Shown here: in pieces, positions 40,605 through 49,957 of the stretch
Layout of the letters: every line of letters starts with the position of its first letter
How positions within the stretch are numbered: the stretch's first letter is position 1
NCBI GenBank assembly: GCA_963664825.1
Contig: OY761614.1
Coordinates: 192,001-256,000, forward strand
Direction of reading: 5' to 3'
From: an uncultured Holophaga sp.
GTDB lineage: Bacteria; Acidobacteriota; Holophagae; Holophagales; Holophagaceae
Length of the DNA stretch: 64,000 bases
The notes under the pieces: model-generated
Told to the model about the DNA's origin: nothing
The model's input: the letters and a program-made list of their open reading frames with translations, nothing else
Database searches by the model: none
Program-made: the position numbers and the translations under genes

Positions 40605-41753
40605 TCAGCGCATGAGGTGGCTGAGTTTCCTCAAGCGATTGGGCAGACCCTGGTGCGCGACTGGATCGGCCTCGGTTCCAGTGAAGGTCTTCATACCAAC
40701 CGCAGGTTGCGGGTTACCGCCGATGATCAGGTTGTCCGTGCCCTTGTTCAGCACGGTGTCCAGGGGGTTCGCGCAGAAGACCAGGTTGTGGTTCGTGGCT
40801 GGATCGAGGTAGATCTTGGCCAGACTGGCGCTGGGGTCCGCGAAGAAGCCACCGAGGTGGTTACCGAAGACCGTACAGAGGGTGCTGCCCCAGAGACCGA
40901 TGGCATCGGCCCCGCGACCTGTGAGGGTGTTGTTCACGAGGAAAGCGCCCCGGACATTGGTGGCTCCGATCCCCTCACCGGCGTCATTGGGCGTCTCGAT
41001 TGTGTTATTGAAGATCCGCGCCTGGATCCAGTTCTGCTCCGGGCCGTTCATGAGATAGATTCCCTGGGTTCCCGACCCAGTGCCGGTGCTGGTGAAGTGG
41101 TTGTCGTGGATGAAGAACTGCGAGGGTTTGGTAGGGACGAACAGGTCGCCGTAGTACTGGCTGACCCACATGGCGCATCTGCTCCCAATGGAGCGGTTGT
41201 GGGAGATCTCGAAGCGGGAGTTCTCGGCGGTCTCGATGTCCAGCCCAACCCCAACATTCTCGAAGACATTCCCCGAGCAAGGCGCGCCGCCCAGGATCAC
41301 CCTGGAATCCTTGAAGAAGTAGTTATTGCACACACCTGCAGCCGCCGAACGAACCTCGCAGTTGCGCATGGTGAAAGTTCCGCTCAAGGGGAGGTATTGG
41401 ACCTCGGGCGTGTCCTGCAGGAGATCACCCCCAAAGGTGATGCCGTTGACAACATTGAAACCGAAGTCTAGCCCCTGGGGATCGAGATCCGGCATACCTT
41501 CGAGGGCGATGCGATCGAGACTGACGTTCATGGGACGCTGCCCCGTGAACTTGAGGCCGTCGAGCCAGGCCCGGCAATCGTAGCCGCACATCAGGTATTG
41601 AATAGCCGTGCCGGAAGTGGCCGGGATCTTGATGGAAAGATCCGAAACCGCAATATGGCCTTCCACGAACAAAATGAAGCTGGGCCATCGCCAGTTCCTG
41701 GCATTGGCGTCGAGAAGACGGTATCCCTCACAGATATCCGGGCAGTCAGAGAC
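40605..41753 (-). pseudogene. right-handed beta-helix protein, 5'-truncated at the IS256 end
   Basis: Asn/Gly-rich ISHNR, IHDNHF, IFNNTI, LVNNTL and VFGNHL repeats; the frame is open up to the IS junction with no start or signal peptide. Confidence 0.7.
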
Positions 41754-41833
41754 GCCCGTGTCCCGTCAAGTGGTGTAGGAAGGTCGGCGCAGCCGATTCC
41801 GTAAGGTTGTCAAAGTTCTGTTGCTGATTGTCA

Positions 41834-41923
41834 GGCTGTGGGCGGTGTGGAAAGGCCGAAGGGCTTTCCAAGGGGCGGTGGGCAACCGCAGGTTGTCCAT
41901 GGCCCCGGCACCGTCCATGGCCG
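41834..41923 (-). ncRNA. candidate structured RNA/DNA element in the IS256 3' region
   Basis: Three-way-junction fold with a C(UUCG)G loop on the transposase-sense strand; no expression evidence. Confidence 0.4.
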
Positions 41924-41954
41924 GGTCAGGGGGGGCGTTTGAGCCCATCTTGTT

Positions 41955-43115
41955 TCATGCATCCATCCTGATGTAGGCGATGCGGGCGCTGACCCACTCG
42001 GCATGCTGATCGAGGAGTAAGCTCCCGAGCAGGCGCAACACCGCGGCCCGATTGGGGAAGATCCCCACCACATCGGAACGGCGGCGCAGTTCGCGATTCT
42101 CCCGTTCCAGGACGTTCGTGGAGTGGATCTTTCGCCAGTGGGCCTTCGGGAAGTCCATGAAGGCGGTGACGTCCTCCACGGCCTCATCCAGCAGGGCTGC
42201 GAACCCTGGGTGCTTGCGCTCGGTGTCCCGCGCCAGGGCCGCGATCAGGGCCTGGGCCTCCTCCTTGGTGGGGGCCTGGAAAACCCGCTTGCGGCGATCC
42301 AGCATCTGCTCCTGAACGGACTTCGGTAACCGTACGGCAGCGTTGCGCATGAAATGGACGCGGCATCGCTGCCAGGTGACCCCATTCAGCACCTTCCTGA
42401 CGGCGGCTTTCAGCCCGGCGTGAGAATCCGAGATGACCAGATCTACACCCGCGAGACCGCGCTGCACAAGGCGTTCCAGGAATGCTGACCAGGCGCTCTC
42501 CATCTCGCCTTCAGCCACGGTCAGCCCCAGCACCTCGCGTTTACCCTCCGCATTCACGGCCATGGCCACCATCACCGCCAGCCCTACCACTCGCCCGCCT
42601 TCCCGAACCTTCGGATAGAGGGCGTCCAGCCAGAGGTAGCGGAAAGAACCTTCCAGCGGGCGGTTCCGGAACGCCTCCACCTCCGCATCCAACTCCTGCG
42701 CCAGCCGGGAGACCTCGGACTTCGACATCCCCCTGCAGCCTAGGGCCTCCACCAACGCCTCGACCTTTCGCGTGCTCACGCCCGCGACGTAGGCCTCTGC
42801 CGCCACGTTCACGAAGGCCTGTTCCCACCGACGGCGCGGCTCCAGGAAGTTCGGGAAGTAGCTGCCCTGCCGGAGCTTTGGGATGGCCAGCGGCAGCGTG
42901 CCCAGCCGCGTTTCCAGTTCCCGGTCGCGGTAGCCGTTTCGGTGGTTCTCCCGTGACGGCGTCCGCTCCCCAGGGCCCGCTTGGCAGAGCCCCGAAACGT
43001 CGGACTCCATCACCGCCTCCAGCCCCATCAGCAGCACACGCCGCAGGAAATCACCGTTCCCCTCCTCCAAAACCTTGCTCAGGGCTTCCAGCCCAGACAC
43101 CCTATTGATGGCCAT
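41955..43115 (-). CDS. IS256 (Mutator-type) DDE transposase
   Basis: [31 protein letters not shown] and STNVLE.N.ELRRR motifs. Confidence 0.95.
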   Translation of the reverse strand: MAINRVSGLEALSKVLEEGNGDFLRRVLLMGLEAVMESDVSGLCQAGPGERTPSRENHRNGYRDRELETRLGTLPLAIPKLRQGSYFPNFLEPRRRWEQAFVNVAAEAYVAGVSTRKVEALVEALGCRGMSKSEVSRLAQELDAEVEAFRNRPLEGSFRYLWLDALYPKVREGGRVVGLAVMVAMAVNAEGKREVLGLTVAEGEMESAWSAFLERLVQRGLAGVDLVISDSHAGLKAAVRKVLNGVTWQRCRVHFMRNAAVRLPKSVQEQMLDRRKRVFQAPTKEEAQALIAALARDTERKHPGFAALLDEAVEDVTAFMDFPKAHWRKIHSTNVLERENRELRRRSDVVGIFPNRAAVLRLLGSLLLDQHAEWVSARIAYIRMDA

Positions 43116-43350
43116 CGGTCTCTCCGTTCGGTAAGTTCGCAAACCTCACCTTACGGAACCGGTGGCCACCTCTCACTGAACCACTGCTACACCACTTGAT
43201 GGGACTCTATCCAGTTCAATCTCAGGTATGATGAAAATATCAGCCATACTTTATTCAAATAGCATTTTTTCCCATCTTTGTTAAAGCGAATACCGAGACA
43301 TTGCCACGCATCAAGATGTGGACTATGGTGGGTTCCGAAGGTCTCCTTCC

Positions 43351-45444
43351 ATGCATCCCGACCTCTCCCTCCCACACCGGGTCCATCGATTCGATGGCTT
43401 CGAGTTGGACCCGAAGAATGGCGTCTTGCTTCGAGATGGCGAGAGGATTCCCATCCAGGAGCTCCCCTTCCAGATCCTGGTGGCCCTTCTGGAACATCCC
43501 GGCGAGATCGTCACTCGGGAAGAACTCCGGAACCGCCTCTGGCCCAGCAATGTGCATGTGGACTTCGAGGCCTCCATCGCGACCGCCCTGAAGAAGCTCC
43601 GCAGGGCCCTGGGGGATACCTCCCAGCACCCCCGCTTCGTCGAGACCCATCCCGGCCGGGGGCTCCGCTTCCTCGGCAAGGTAAATACCCATTCGGCCAA
43701 CTCGGCTGCCTGCCGCCTTGAGGGAATCCCGCCTCTTCCCCAGCCGATGGGCCGGGTCATCCCCTTCCGGCGGACGGCGGAGGTCGCGAGACCGGGGGAG
43801 GTTTCCTCCTGGCGCCCCCACCCCTGGGTGATCTGGACAGGTCTTCTGACCCTCTTGGCCGTGGGTAGTCTAATGATGTCCGAGCCCTGGCGCCAACGGC
43901 CCGGTCCAACCGCTCGGGCGCCTGTGGCGAGCGTTCTCGCCCTTCCCGCTCGTTTCCACGGGAAGGCCCAAAACACCTACCTGGCAGAAGTGGTGCCAGC
44001 CATCCTGTCCACGCTCCTGGCGGCCATCCCGGAATTGGAGACCAAGGTGCCCCCTTCCACCTTCGAGGTAGAGAAGGCCCATTGGGACCTGGAACGCATC
44101 GCCAAGGCCTACCAGGTGCGCCACATGGTGCTCTCTACCATCACGGCCGGCCATGACCGAATCCGCCTGAACATCCAACTGGTGGATGCGGCCTCGCGGC
44201 AGATCCGATGGGCGAGACATTACGAGGGCTCCGTGGAGGACTTTCCCGCCCTAGCCTCCCAGGCAGTGGAGTCCATGCTGCCCACCCTGCGACCCGGGGG
44301 AGAACCGGCGGGCTTTCCTCCAAGCCCCCCAGGTGTCCTTAAAGCCGAAATTGCCATGGAGGAAGGGAGGTATTACCTGAACCGCTATGGCACCCACCAC
44401 CAGCCCGGCTCAGCCCGTCGCTGCCAGGATGCCTTGAAGAAGGCCTTGGGCATGGACCCCACCCTCGCCCGGGCCGCGGGGAATCTGGCCTATCTCCGAG
44501 TCTTCCAGTCCTGGTACGAACCTTCCCCGGCCAGGAGACGGCGTGCCTTGGCGGAATGCACCACCTGGGCCCATCGTGCCCTGGCCATCGACCCGTCCTG
44601 CGGCGTTGCCTGGGAAGCCCTCGCCCAGGTCGAGGCCCAGCGTTCGCCGATGGATTTGGGCAGGTTCCTGGAGTATGCCCTCAAGGGAGCCTCCAACGCT
44701 CCCTGTGAGGCCATGAGCCACCAAGCCCTGGGCAGAGCCTCCGGAAGCGCCACCCTCATGGCGGCGGTGGGACGGCACATGTTCGAGTTGGATCCCTTTG
44801 ATACTTCGAATGCCGCTATGGGGGCGATCGGCCTCATGCGGGATGGGAAGGCCACGGAAGGGCTCCAGCTCATCGACGCCGCCCTTCGACTCGGCCCGCC
44901 TGAGAACAGTCGCTTCGCCCTGACCGCGCGGGCCCTCGCCCTGACTCAGCTCGGCCGTTTCGAGGAAGCTGCTGCAGAGTTGGCCCGATATGTTCCCGAG
45001 GGCCGAGAGCAGAACTGGGAAGATAATCTTTGGCGACAGACTCGCTTCCAGCTGGCTGTAATCCAGGGCGAGCAGCCCCTCTCCGCGACCCTAGCTCACC
45101 AGATCGTCGCAAGGGCGCTGGCGCCTCCTTCCAGCGGCCCCGGCAACGCGTTCTTTATCGCCGTCCCCAGTCTGGTGCGGGCAGGCTTCCAAGAGGAGGC
45201 CATGCGGATCCTGCTGAAACACGCTGAACTGGGGTGCGGGGAGGACGCCAACCACCTCCTACGGGATCCCACCCTGCAACCTCTGCGGAGGGATCCCCGG
45301 TTCGCCAGGGTGCTCAAGGCCGCACGGGAGGCGAATGCCATCACGGTCTCGGCCCTGGAAGGAGCCCAGGCCCGGGGCGAACTGCCTGCCTATCTGGCGC
45401 CCGCCCTGGCCGAACTCCGAGCGGAGAGGGCACGAACCCACTAG
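43351..45444 (+). CDS. CadC/OmpR-type winged-helix regulator with TM, TolB-N-like domain and TPRs
   Basis: F.GFELD...PF.IL..LLE.PGEIVTREEL...LW...LRRALGD...FVET.PGRG, followed by a TM and TPR helices. Confidence 0.85.
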   Translation: MHPDLSLPHRVHRFDGFELDPKNGVLLRDGERIPIQELPFQILVALLEHPGEIVTREELRNRLWPSNVHVDFEASIATALKKLRRALGDTSQHPRFVETHPGRGLRFLGKVNTHSANSAACRLEGIPPLPQPMGRVIPFRRTAEVARPGEVSSWRPHPWVIWTGLLTLLAVGSLMMSEPWRQRPGPTARAPVASVLALPARFHGKAQNTYLAEVVPAILSTLLAAIPELETKVPPSTFEVEKAHWDLERIAKAYQVRHMVLSTITAGHDRIRLNIQLVDAASRQIRWARHYEGSVEDFPALASQAVESMLPTLRPGGEPAGFPPSPPGVLKAEIAMEEGRYYLNRYGTHHQPGSARRCQDALKKALGMDPTLARAAGNLAYLRVFQSWYEPSPARRRRALAECTTWAHRALAIDPSCGVAWEALAQVEAQRSPMDLGRFLEYALKGASNAPCEAMSHQALGRASGSATLMAAVGRHMFELDPFDTSNAAMGAIGLMRDGKATEGLQLIDAALRLGPPENSRFALTARALALTQLGRFEEAAAELARYVPEGREQNWEDNLWRQTRFQLAVIQGEQPLSATLAHQIVARALAPPSSGPGNAFFIAVPSLVRAGFQEEAMRILLKHAELGCGEDANHLLRDPTLQPLRRDPRFARVLKAAREANAITVSALEGAQARGELPAYLAPALAELRAERARTH

Positions 45445-46190
45445 GGTCTGAACGCTGCCTCCGTGAAAGCCTGGAAGATCCTGCGGGCGGCCTCGCCGTT
45501 ACCATCCTCCAGGCCCACCAGGTTCTCGGGATGCCACTGGACGCCGAAGACCCAACGGTGGGCGTCCTCGGCCTCGATGCCCTCGACGAGGGGACCGGTC
45601 TGGGGATGGGCCGTATCCAGGTCCCAGGCCGAGGCCCTCAGCCCCGGTGCTAGGCCCTTCACGGCCTGGTGATGGCGGCTGTTCACCTGGATCGCCGGGC
45701 ACCCCACGAGGGCCGCCAATCGGGACCGGGGGGCGAACTGGACGGCGTGGGGAAGATCGGGGATATCAGAACAGCCATGGCGATGGCGCTCGGGGGCGCA
45801 AGAAAAGTATTCGGGAATATCCTGGATCAGGCTGCCCCCCAGCGCTGTGTTGAGGATCTGCTCACCCCGGCAGATGCCGAGTATGGGTAGACCCCGGGCC
45901 CAGGCCTGGCGCACAAGGGGCCCCTCGAAGGCGTCCCGGGCTTCGTCGACCTCGGCGGCCGAGTGCAGGGGCTCCGAAGCGTCCCAAAACCGTGGGTGGA
46001 TATCCAGGCCGCCGCAGAGCACCAGCCCCGAAAGGGCCTCCAGGGACGGCACAAAATCCCCTGGTGAAAGAAGATGGATATCCCCCCCCCAGCCCGCTGA
46101 ACGCAGGGCGGGCAGGTAGTGAGCCTCCGCACCTAATTTGTTGCCGCAGGCCACGAGGATACTTGACACGGGTCCCCCAGAGGTCATCAT
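45441..46190 (-). CDS. peptidase C26 / gamma-glutamyl hydrolase (PuuD-like) glutamine amidotransferase
   Basis: GICRG, VNSRHHQ and GVQWHPE motifs. Confidence 0.88.
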   Translation of the reverse strand: MMTSGGPVSSILVACGNKLGAEAHYLPALRSAGWGGDIHLLSPGDFVPSLEALSGLVLCGGLDIHPRFWDASEPLHSAAEVDEARDAFEGPLVRQAWARGLPILGICRGEQILNTALGGSLIQDIPEYFSCAPERHRHGCSDIPDLPHAVQFAPRSRLAALVGCPAIQVNSRHHQAVKGLAPGLRASAWDLDTAHPQTGPLVEGIEAEDAHRWVFGVQWHPENLVGLEDGNGEAARRIFQAFTEAAFRP

Positions 46191-46261
46191 GAACACCCTA
46201 CCACCCTCAGATGTCTGAGCGGCTTTCGTGCGGCAGAGAGCTCCGCCGTGAAGGAGGACAC

Positions 46262-46699
46262 ATGTCAGGTTCCCTCAACAAGGTAATCCTCATCGGCAAC
46301 CTGGGCCGCGACCCGGAGCTGAAGATGACGCCCAGCGGCCAGGCCCTGGCCCGTTTCTCCGTGGCCACCACGGAAAATTGGAAGAATCCCCAAGGTGAGA
46401 AGCAATCCAAGACCGAATGGCACAACATCGTGGTCTGGGGCAAGCAGGCGGAGATCGCCGAGAAGTATCTCCGCAAGGGCAAGCAGATCATGGTCGAGGG
46501 CCGCATCCAGTACCGGGAGTACACGGACCAGGCTGGCGTGAAGAAGACCGCCTGTGATATCCGCTGCGACAACTTCGTCATGCTCGGGAAGATGGAGGAG
46601 GGAGGCGCCCGCCCCCACCGGGACGAAGGCTTCGACGAGCCCATGCCTCCGGCTCCCGCTCCCGCCAGCGGCGGATTCGACGACGATATCCCCTTCTGA
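46262..46699 (+). CDS. ssb: single-stranded DNA-binding protein
   Basis: NKVILIGNLGRDPE, TEWH and C-terminal DDDIPF. Confidence 0.96.
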   Translation: MSGSLNKVILIGNLGRDPELKMTPSGQALARFSVATTENWKNPQGEKQSKTEWHNIVVWGKQAEIAEKYLRKGKQIMVEGRIQYREYTDQAGVKKTACDIRCDNFVMLGKMEEGGARPHRDEGFDEPMPPAPAPASGGFDDDIPF

Positions 46700-46713
46700 G
46701 ATTCGCCCTTTAC

Positions 46714-46749
46714 ACGAAAACGCCCGCCATTTCTGGCGGGCGTTTTCGT
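46714..46749. terminator. bidirectional terminator
   Basis: ACGAAAACGCCCGCCA-tttc-TGGCGGGCGTTTTCGT. Confidence 0.8.
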
Positions 46750-46762
46750 ATCTGCGGAATGC

Positions 46763-47767
46763 TTAGCGGTCCACCTTGATGACGATGGACTTGGACAGGA
46801 TGTCCTGGAGGCCCTTGCGCTCTTCGCCCAGGATCATCAGGTAGGGCAGTCCCAGGAAGACGCTGTTCACGAGATGCCCCAGAATGCGGAGCAGGGCCAT
46901 ATTCCCATCGATGCGCCCCTCGGGATCCTCCTCGGGCACCACGCGCAACGCCATGATCCGCTTGCCGGGGCTGGCGCCGAACTTGACCCAGCTCCAGCCC
47001 CAGAAGATGAGGAAGGCGAGGCCGAGGGCGGCCTGCAGGAGCCCGAAGACACATCCCAGCACTAGGACGCCCGGTCCCAGGATGCGCCCCACCGCACTCA
47101 TCAGGATCGCTTCGATAACCCAGAGAACGCCGCAGAGCACCAACGCCACACCCACATCGATCAGGTGGGAGAACAGGCGCGTGAGGAAGTCCCCCCGCTC
47201 GCCCGTGGGTCGTGCGGGATCGGGGAATGGCGGCAGCCAGGGTTGGAGGAAGGCGGGGGCGGGGTTGGCCTCAAGGGCCGCGGGAGCCATGGTGAAGGGG
47301 CGAGGCCCCCCGCTGGGGGGAGGGGTGCGGGCGGTGAACTGGGATTCGGGCGGGACCATGGGTTGAGGCGGAAATGGGGGGGGCATGGAAGGCGCCGCGG
47401 GAGCCCCGAGCCCCTGGATCTTGGCCATCTCGGAAGGGTCCATGCGCACCGTGCCCAGGGGCTCCACCAGGGGCACCGCCGGGAGGGGATCCACGAAGGT
47501 CATCTGGATCTGGCCCAGGGTGACCCGGTCCCCGTCGCGGAGGAGGGTATTGGCCAGACGCGTCCCATTGACCAGGACCCCATTGCTGCTCTGGAGGTCC
47601 TGGACCTCGAAGCCGGCCGTGGTGCGCCGGATCACCGCATGGTGCCGACTGATGCTGGGGTCGGCTAGGCGGAGGGCATTATCGAGCTCCCGCCCGATGT
47701 GGACTTCGTCATCCACCAGCTCGAATTCCCGAAGGCCGGCACTCTCCTGAACGAGCAATTTAGCCAT
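46763..47767 (-). CDS. FHA domain + Pro-rich linker + RDD membrane domain protein
   Basis: IGR, SRHHA and SSNG (FHA); RL..HLID, SPGK and LQD (RDD). Confidence 0.85.
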   Translation of the reverse strand: MAKLLVQESAGLREFELVDDEVHIGRELDNALRLADPSISRHHAVIRRTTAGFEVQDLQSSNGVLVNGTRLANTLLRDGDRVTLGQIQMTFVDPLPAVPLVEPLGTVRMDPSEMAKIQGLGAPAAPSMPPPFPPQPMVPPESQFTARTPPPSGGPRPFTMAPAALEANPAPAFLQPWLPPFPDPARPTGERGDFLTRLFSHLIDVGVALVLCGVLWVIEAILMSAVGRILGPGVLVLGCVFGLLQAALGLAFLIFWGWSWVKFGASPGKRIMALRVVPEEDPEGRIDGNMALLRILGHLVNSVFLGLPYLMILGEERKGLQDILSKSIVIKVDR

Positions 47768-47944
47768 GATGTCCTCTCGGTTTTCGGAAAACGTAAATGC
47801 AGTTTAGGAGTAAGTCTGGGGCAATTCAATTCCAGGGGTGAAAACGACTTTCCCCTGGCCTCGTGAAATTACCACCCCAGCAATCCTTGACCCCGGCGTG
47901 ATGGATGGGCCAATCTGGCAGGAAAGGGCTCTGCCGGAGGCAGC

Positions 47945-48823
47945 ATGGTTCTCTTCAACGCGGCGACCAAGGAGCTGACGGCCAAGATCGTCTACTACGG
48001 CCCCGGTCTCTGCGGCAAAACCACCAACCTACAGTTCATCTACGATTCCCTGCCCCAGGATGGGCGGGGGAAGATGCTATCCCTGGCCACCCAGACGGAC
48101 CGCACCCTCTTCTTCGACTTCCTGCCCATCGAACTGGGCACCATTCGGGGCATGAAGACCCGCATCCAGCTCTACACCGTGCCCGGCCAGGTCTTCTACG
48201 ACGCCACGCGAAAACTCGTGCTCCGCGGTGCCGATGGCCTGGTCTTCGTGGCCGATTCCCAGGCCCCCGCCCTGGAAAGCAACAAGGAAAGCTTCCAGAA
48301 CCTCATCGACAACCTGAAGGAACAGGGCGCCGAGCTCGATAAGCTGCCCCATGTCATCCAGTGGAACAAGCGGGACACGCCCAACGCCCTGCCTGTCGAT
48401 ATCCTGGAACGCGAGATCAACCGCTTCGGCGTGCCCACCTTCGAGGCCAGCGCCATCCGGGGCGAAGGCGTGCGGGACACCCTCACCGGCATCGCGCGGC
48501 AGGTCCTGAAACACCTGGCCGACAAATACGGCGGCGGCGTGGTGACGGAGGCGTCGGAATTCCTGGTGCCTGCCCCGCCCAAACCTAAACCCATGGAGGC
48601 CACGTCGCGGCCCCTGGAGGTCGAAGAATTGGGTTCCGGCGAACTGCTGGAGGAACTCGAGGAGCTGCCGGTCCCCGAGCCTCCCCGGCACGTTCCCTCC
48701 GGGGAGATGTTGCAGACGCTGCCCTCTCATCTCTCCGTGGTCGAAGTCCCGGTGGTGCTGGACCGGAGCCTCTTCTCCGGCGATGGGCCCGTGGAGATCA
48801 AACTGAAGCTCTACATCAAGTAG
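47945..48823 (+). CDS. mglA: MglA-family small GTPase with C-terminal extension
   Basis: YYGPGLCGKTTN, DRTLFFDF, YTVPGQ and NKRD motifs. Confidence 0.85.
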   Translation: MVLFNAATKELTAKIVYYGPGLCGKTTNLQFIYDSLPQDGRGKMLSLATQTDRTLFFDFLPIELGTIRGMKTRIQLYTVPGQVFYDATRKLVLRGADGLVFVADSQAPALESNKESFQNLIDNLKEQGAELDKLPHVIQWNKRDTPNALPVDILEREINRFGVPTFEASAIRGEGVRDTLTGIARQVLKHLADKYGGGVVTEASEFLVPAPPKPKPMEATSRPLEVEELGSGELLEELEELPVPEPPRHVPSGEMLQTLPSHLSVVEVPVVLDRSLFSGDGPVEIKLKLYIK

Positions 48824-48894
48824 CGCCGAGGCAAACCATCACGAGAGGCCTCAATCCGAAGGCCCTCCGGGCCTATCGACAGAGAGGTGCCTCC

Positions 48895-49896
48895 ATGCGT
48901 CTGAATTCCCTTCTTCCGGTCACCGCCCTCGCCTGCACGTCGCTCTCCGCGCAGATCCAGGTGCGCCTTGTGACCGATCAGGCGGATTCCGTACTCGCCC
49001 TGCTCGCCATCCAGGCCGCAGGCCGGGTCCCCCAGCCTGCGGAATGGGACCGCCTCTTTCAATGCGAGGGGCAGCGGCGGCTCGAGGCCCGGGGAAAGGC
49101 CTTCAAGCAGCCGACGGACCCCACCACCCTTCGGGCTTTCGTCCAAAGCCCTGAATTGCAGGCGAAGACGGCGGCCCTGGCCCAGGCTCTCGTCCGCTGG
49201 AAGCAGGCGGACCTGGAAGCTGCGGCCCGGAAGGCTCTCGCCTACCTGCCCGCGGGCGCCAGAATCGAAGCGCGAGTCTACCCCGTTATCAAGCCGCGCA
49301 GCAACAGCTTCGTCTTCGAGGGGAATGCCATCTTCTTCTACCTTGATCCGGAGAAGAGCGCAGAAGAATGCGAGAACACGCTGATCCACGAGCTGCACCA
49401 CATCGGGTTCTCCAGTTGCGACCGCGTGCTTGAGGCGAATCTAGCCAAGCTTCCCCCGCCGGTGCGGGAAGCAAACGAATGGGTCGGGGCCTTCGGAGAG
49501 GGCTTCGCCATGCTGGCGGCCGCCGGCGACCCCGACCGCCATCCCCATGCGGCAAGCAAGGCGGAGACACGGGCCCGCTGGGACCGGGACATGGCCCGGT
49601 TCGATGAGGACCTGAAGCAGGTGGAGGCCTTCCTGCTGGATGTGGCCGAAGGCCGACTCAAGGGCCAGGCCGTCGCCGAACGCGGCATGAGCTTCTTCGG
49701 CGAGCAGGGAGCGTGGTATACGGTGGGGTGGCGCATGGCCTCGACGATCGAGCGCAGCCTGGGCCGGAAGGTCCTGCTGGAGTGCATGGTGAACCCCTGC
49801 AGGCTGCTCTCCACCTACAACCGGATCGCCGCCGCGGGAAAGGGGGCCACCTGGTCCCCGCATCTGCTGAGGGCCCTGGCGGAGGGCCCAAGTTGA
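48895..49896 (+). CDS. exported putative Zn-dependent protease (DUF5700-like)
   Basis: Signal peptide; HELHH...EG. Confidence 0.7.
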   Translation: MRLNSLLPVTALACTSLSAQIQVRLVTDQADSVLALLAIQAAGRVPQPAEWDRLFQCEGQRRLEARGKAFKQPTDPTTLRAFVQSPELQAKTAALAQALVRWKQADLEAAARKALAYLPAGARIEARVYPVIKPRSNSFVFEGNAIFFYLDPEKSAEECENTLIHELHHIGFSSCDRVLEANLAKLPPPVREANEWVGAFGEGFAMLAAAGDPDRHPHAASKAETRARWDRDMARFDEDLKQVEAFLLDVAEGRLKGQAVAERGMSFFGEQGAWYTVGWRMASTIERSLGRKVLLECMVNPCRLLSTYNRIAAAGKGATWSPHLLRALAEGPS

Positions 49897-49957
49897 GGGC
49901 GTGATCCCGCGGGCTGAACCGGGCACACTAGAAGGTTCAGCCTAAACAGAGGTATCC

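Larger units (their letters stand above)
41754..43211 (-). mobile_element. IS256-family insertion sequence, about 1458 bp
   Basis: IRs GCCCGTGTCCCGTCAAGTGGTGTAG and rc GATAGAGTCCCATCAAGTGGTGTAG; subterminal ACCTTACGGAAYCGG at both ends; no TSD. Confidence 0.88.
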
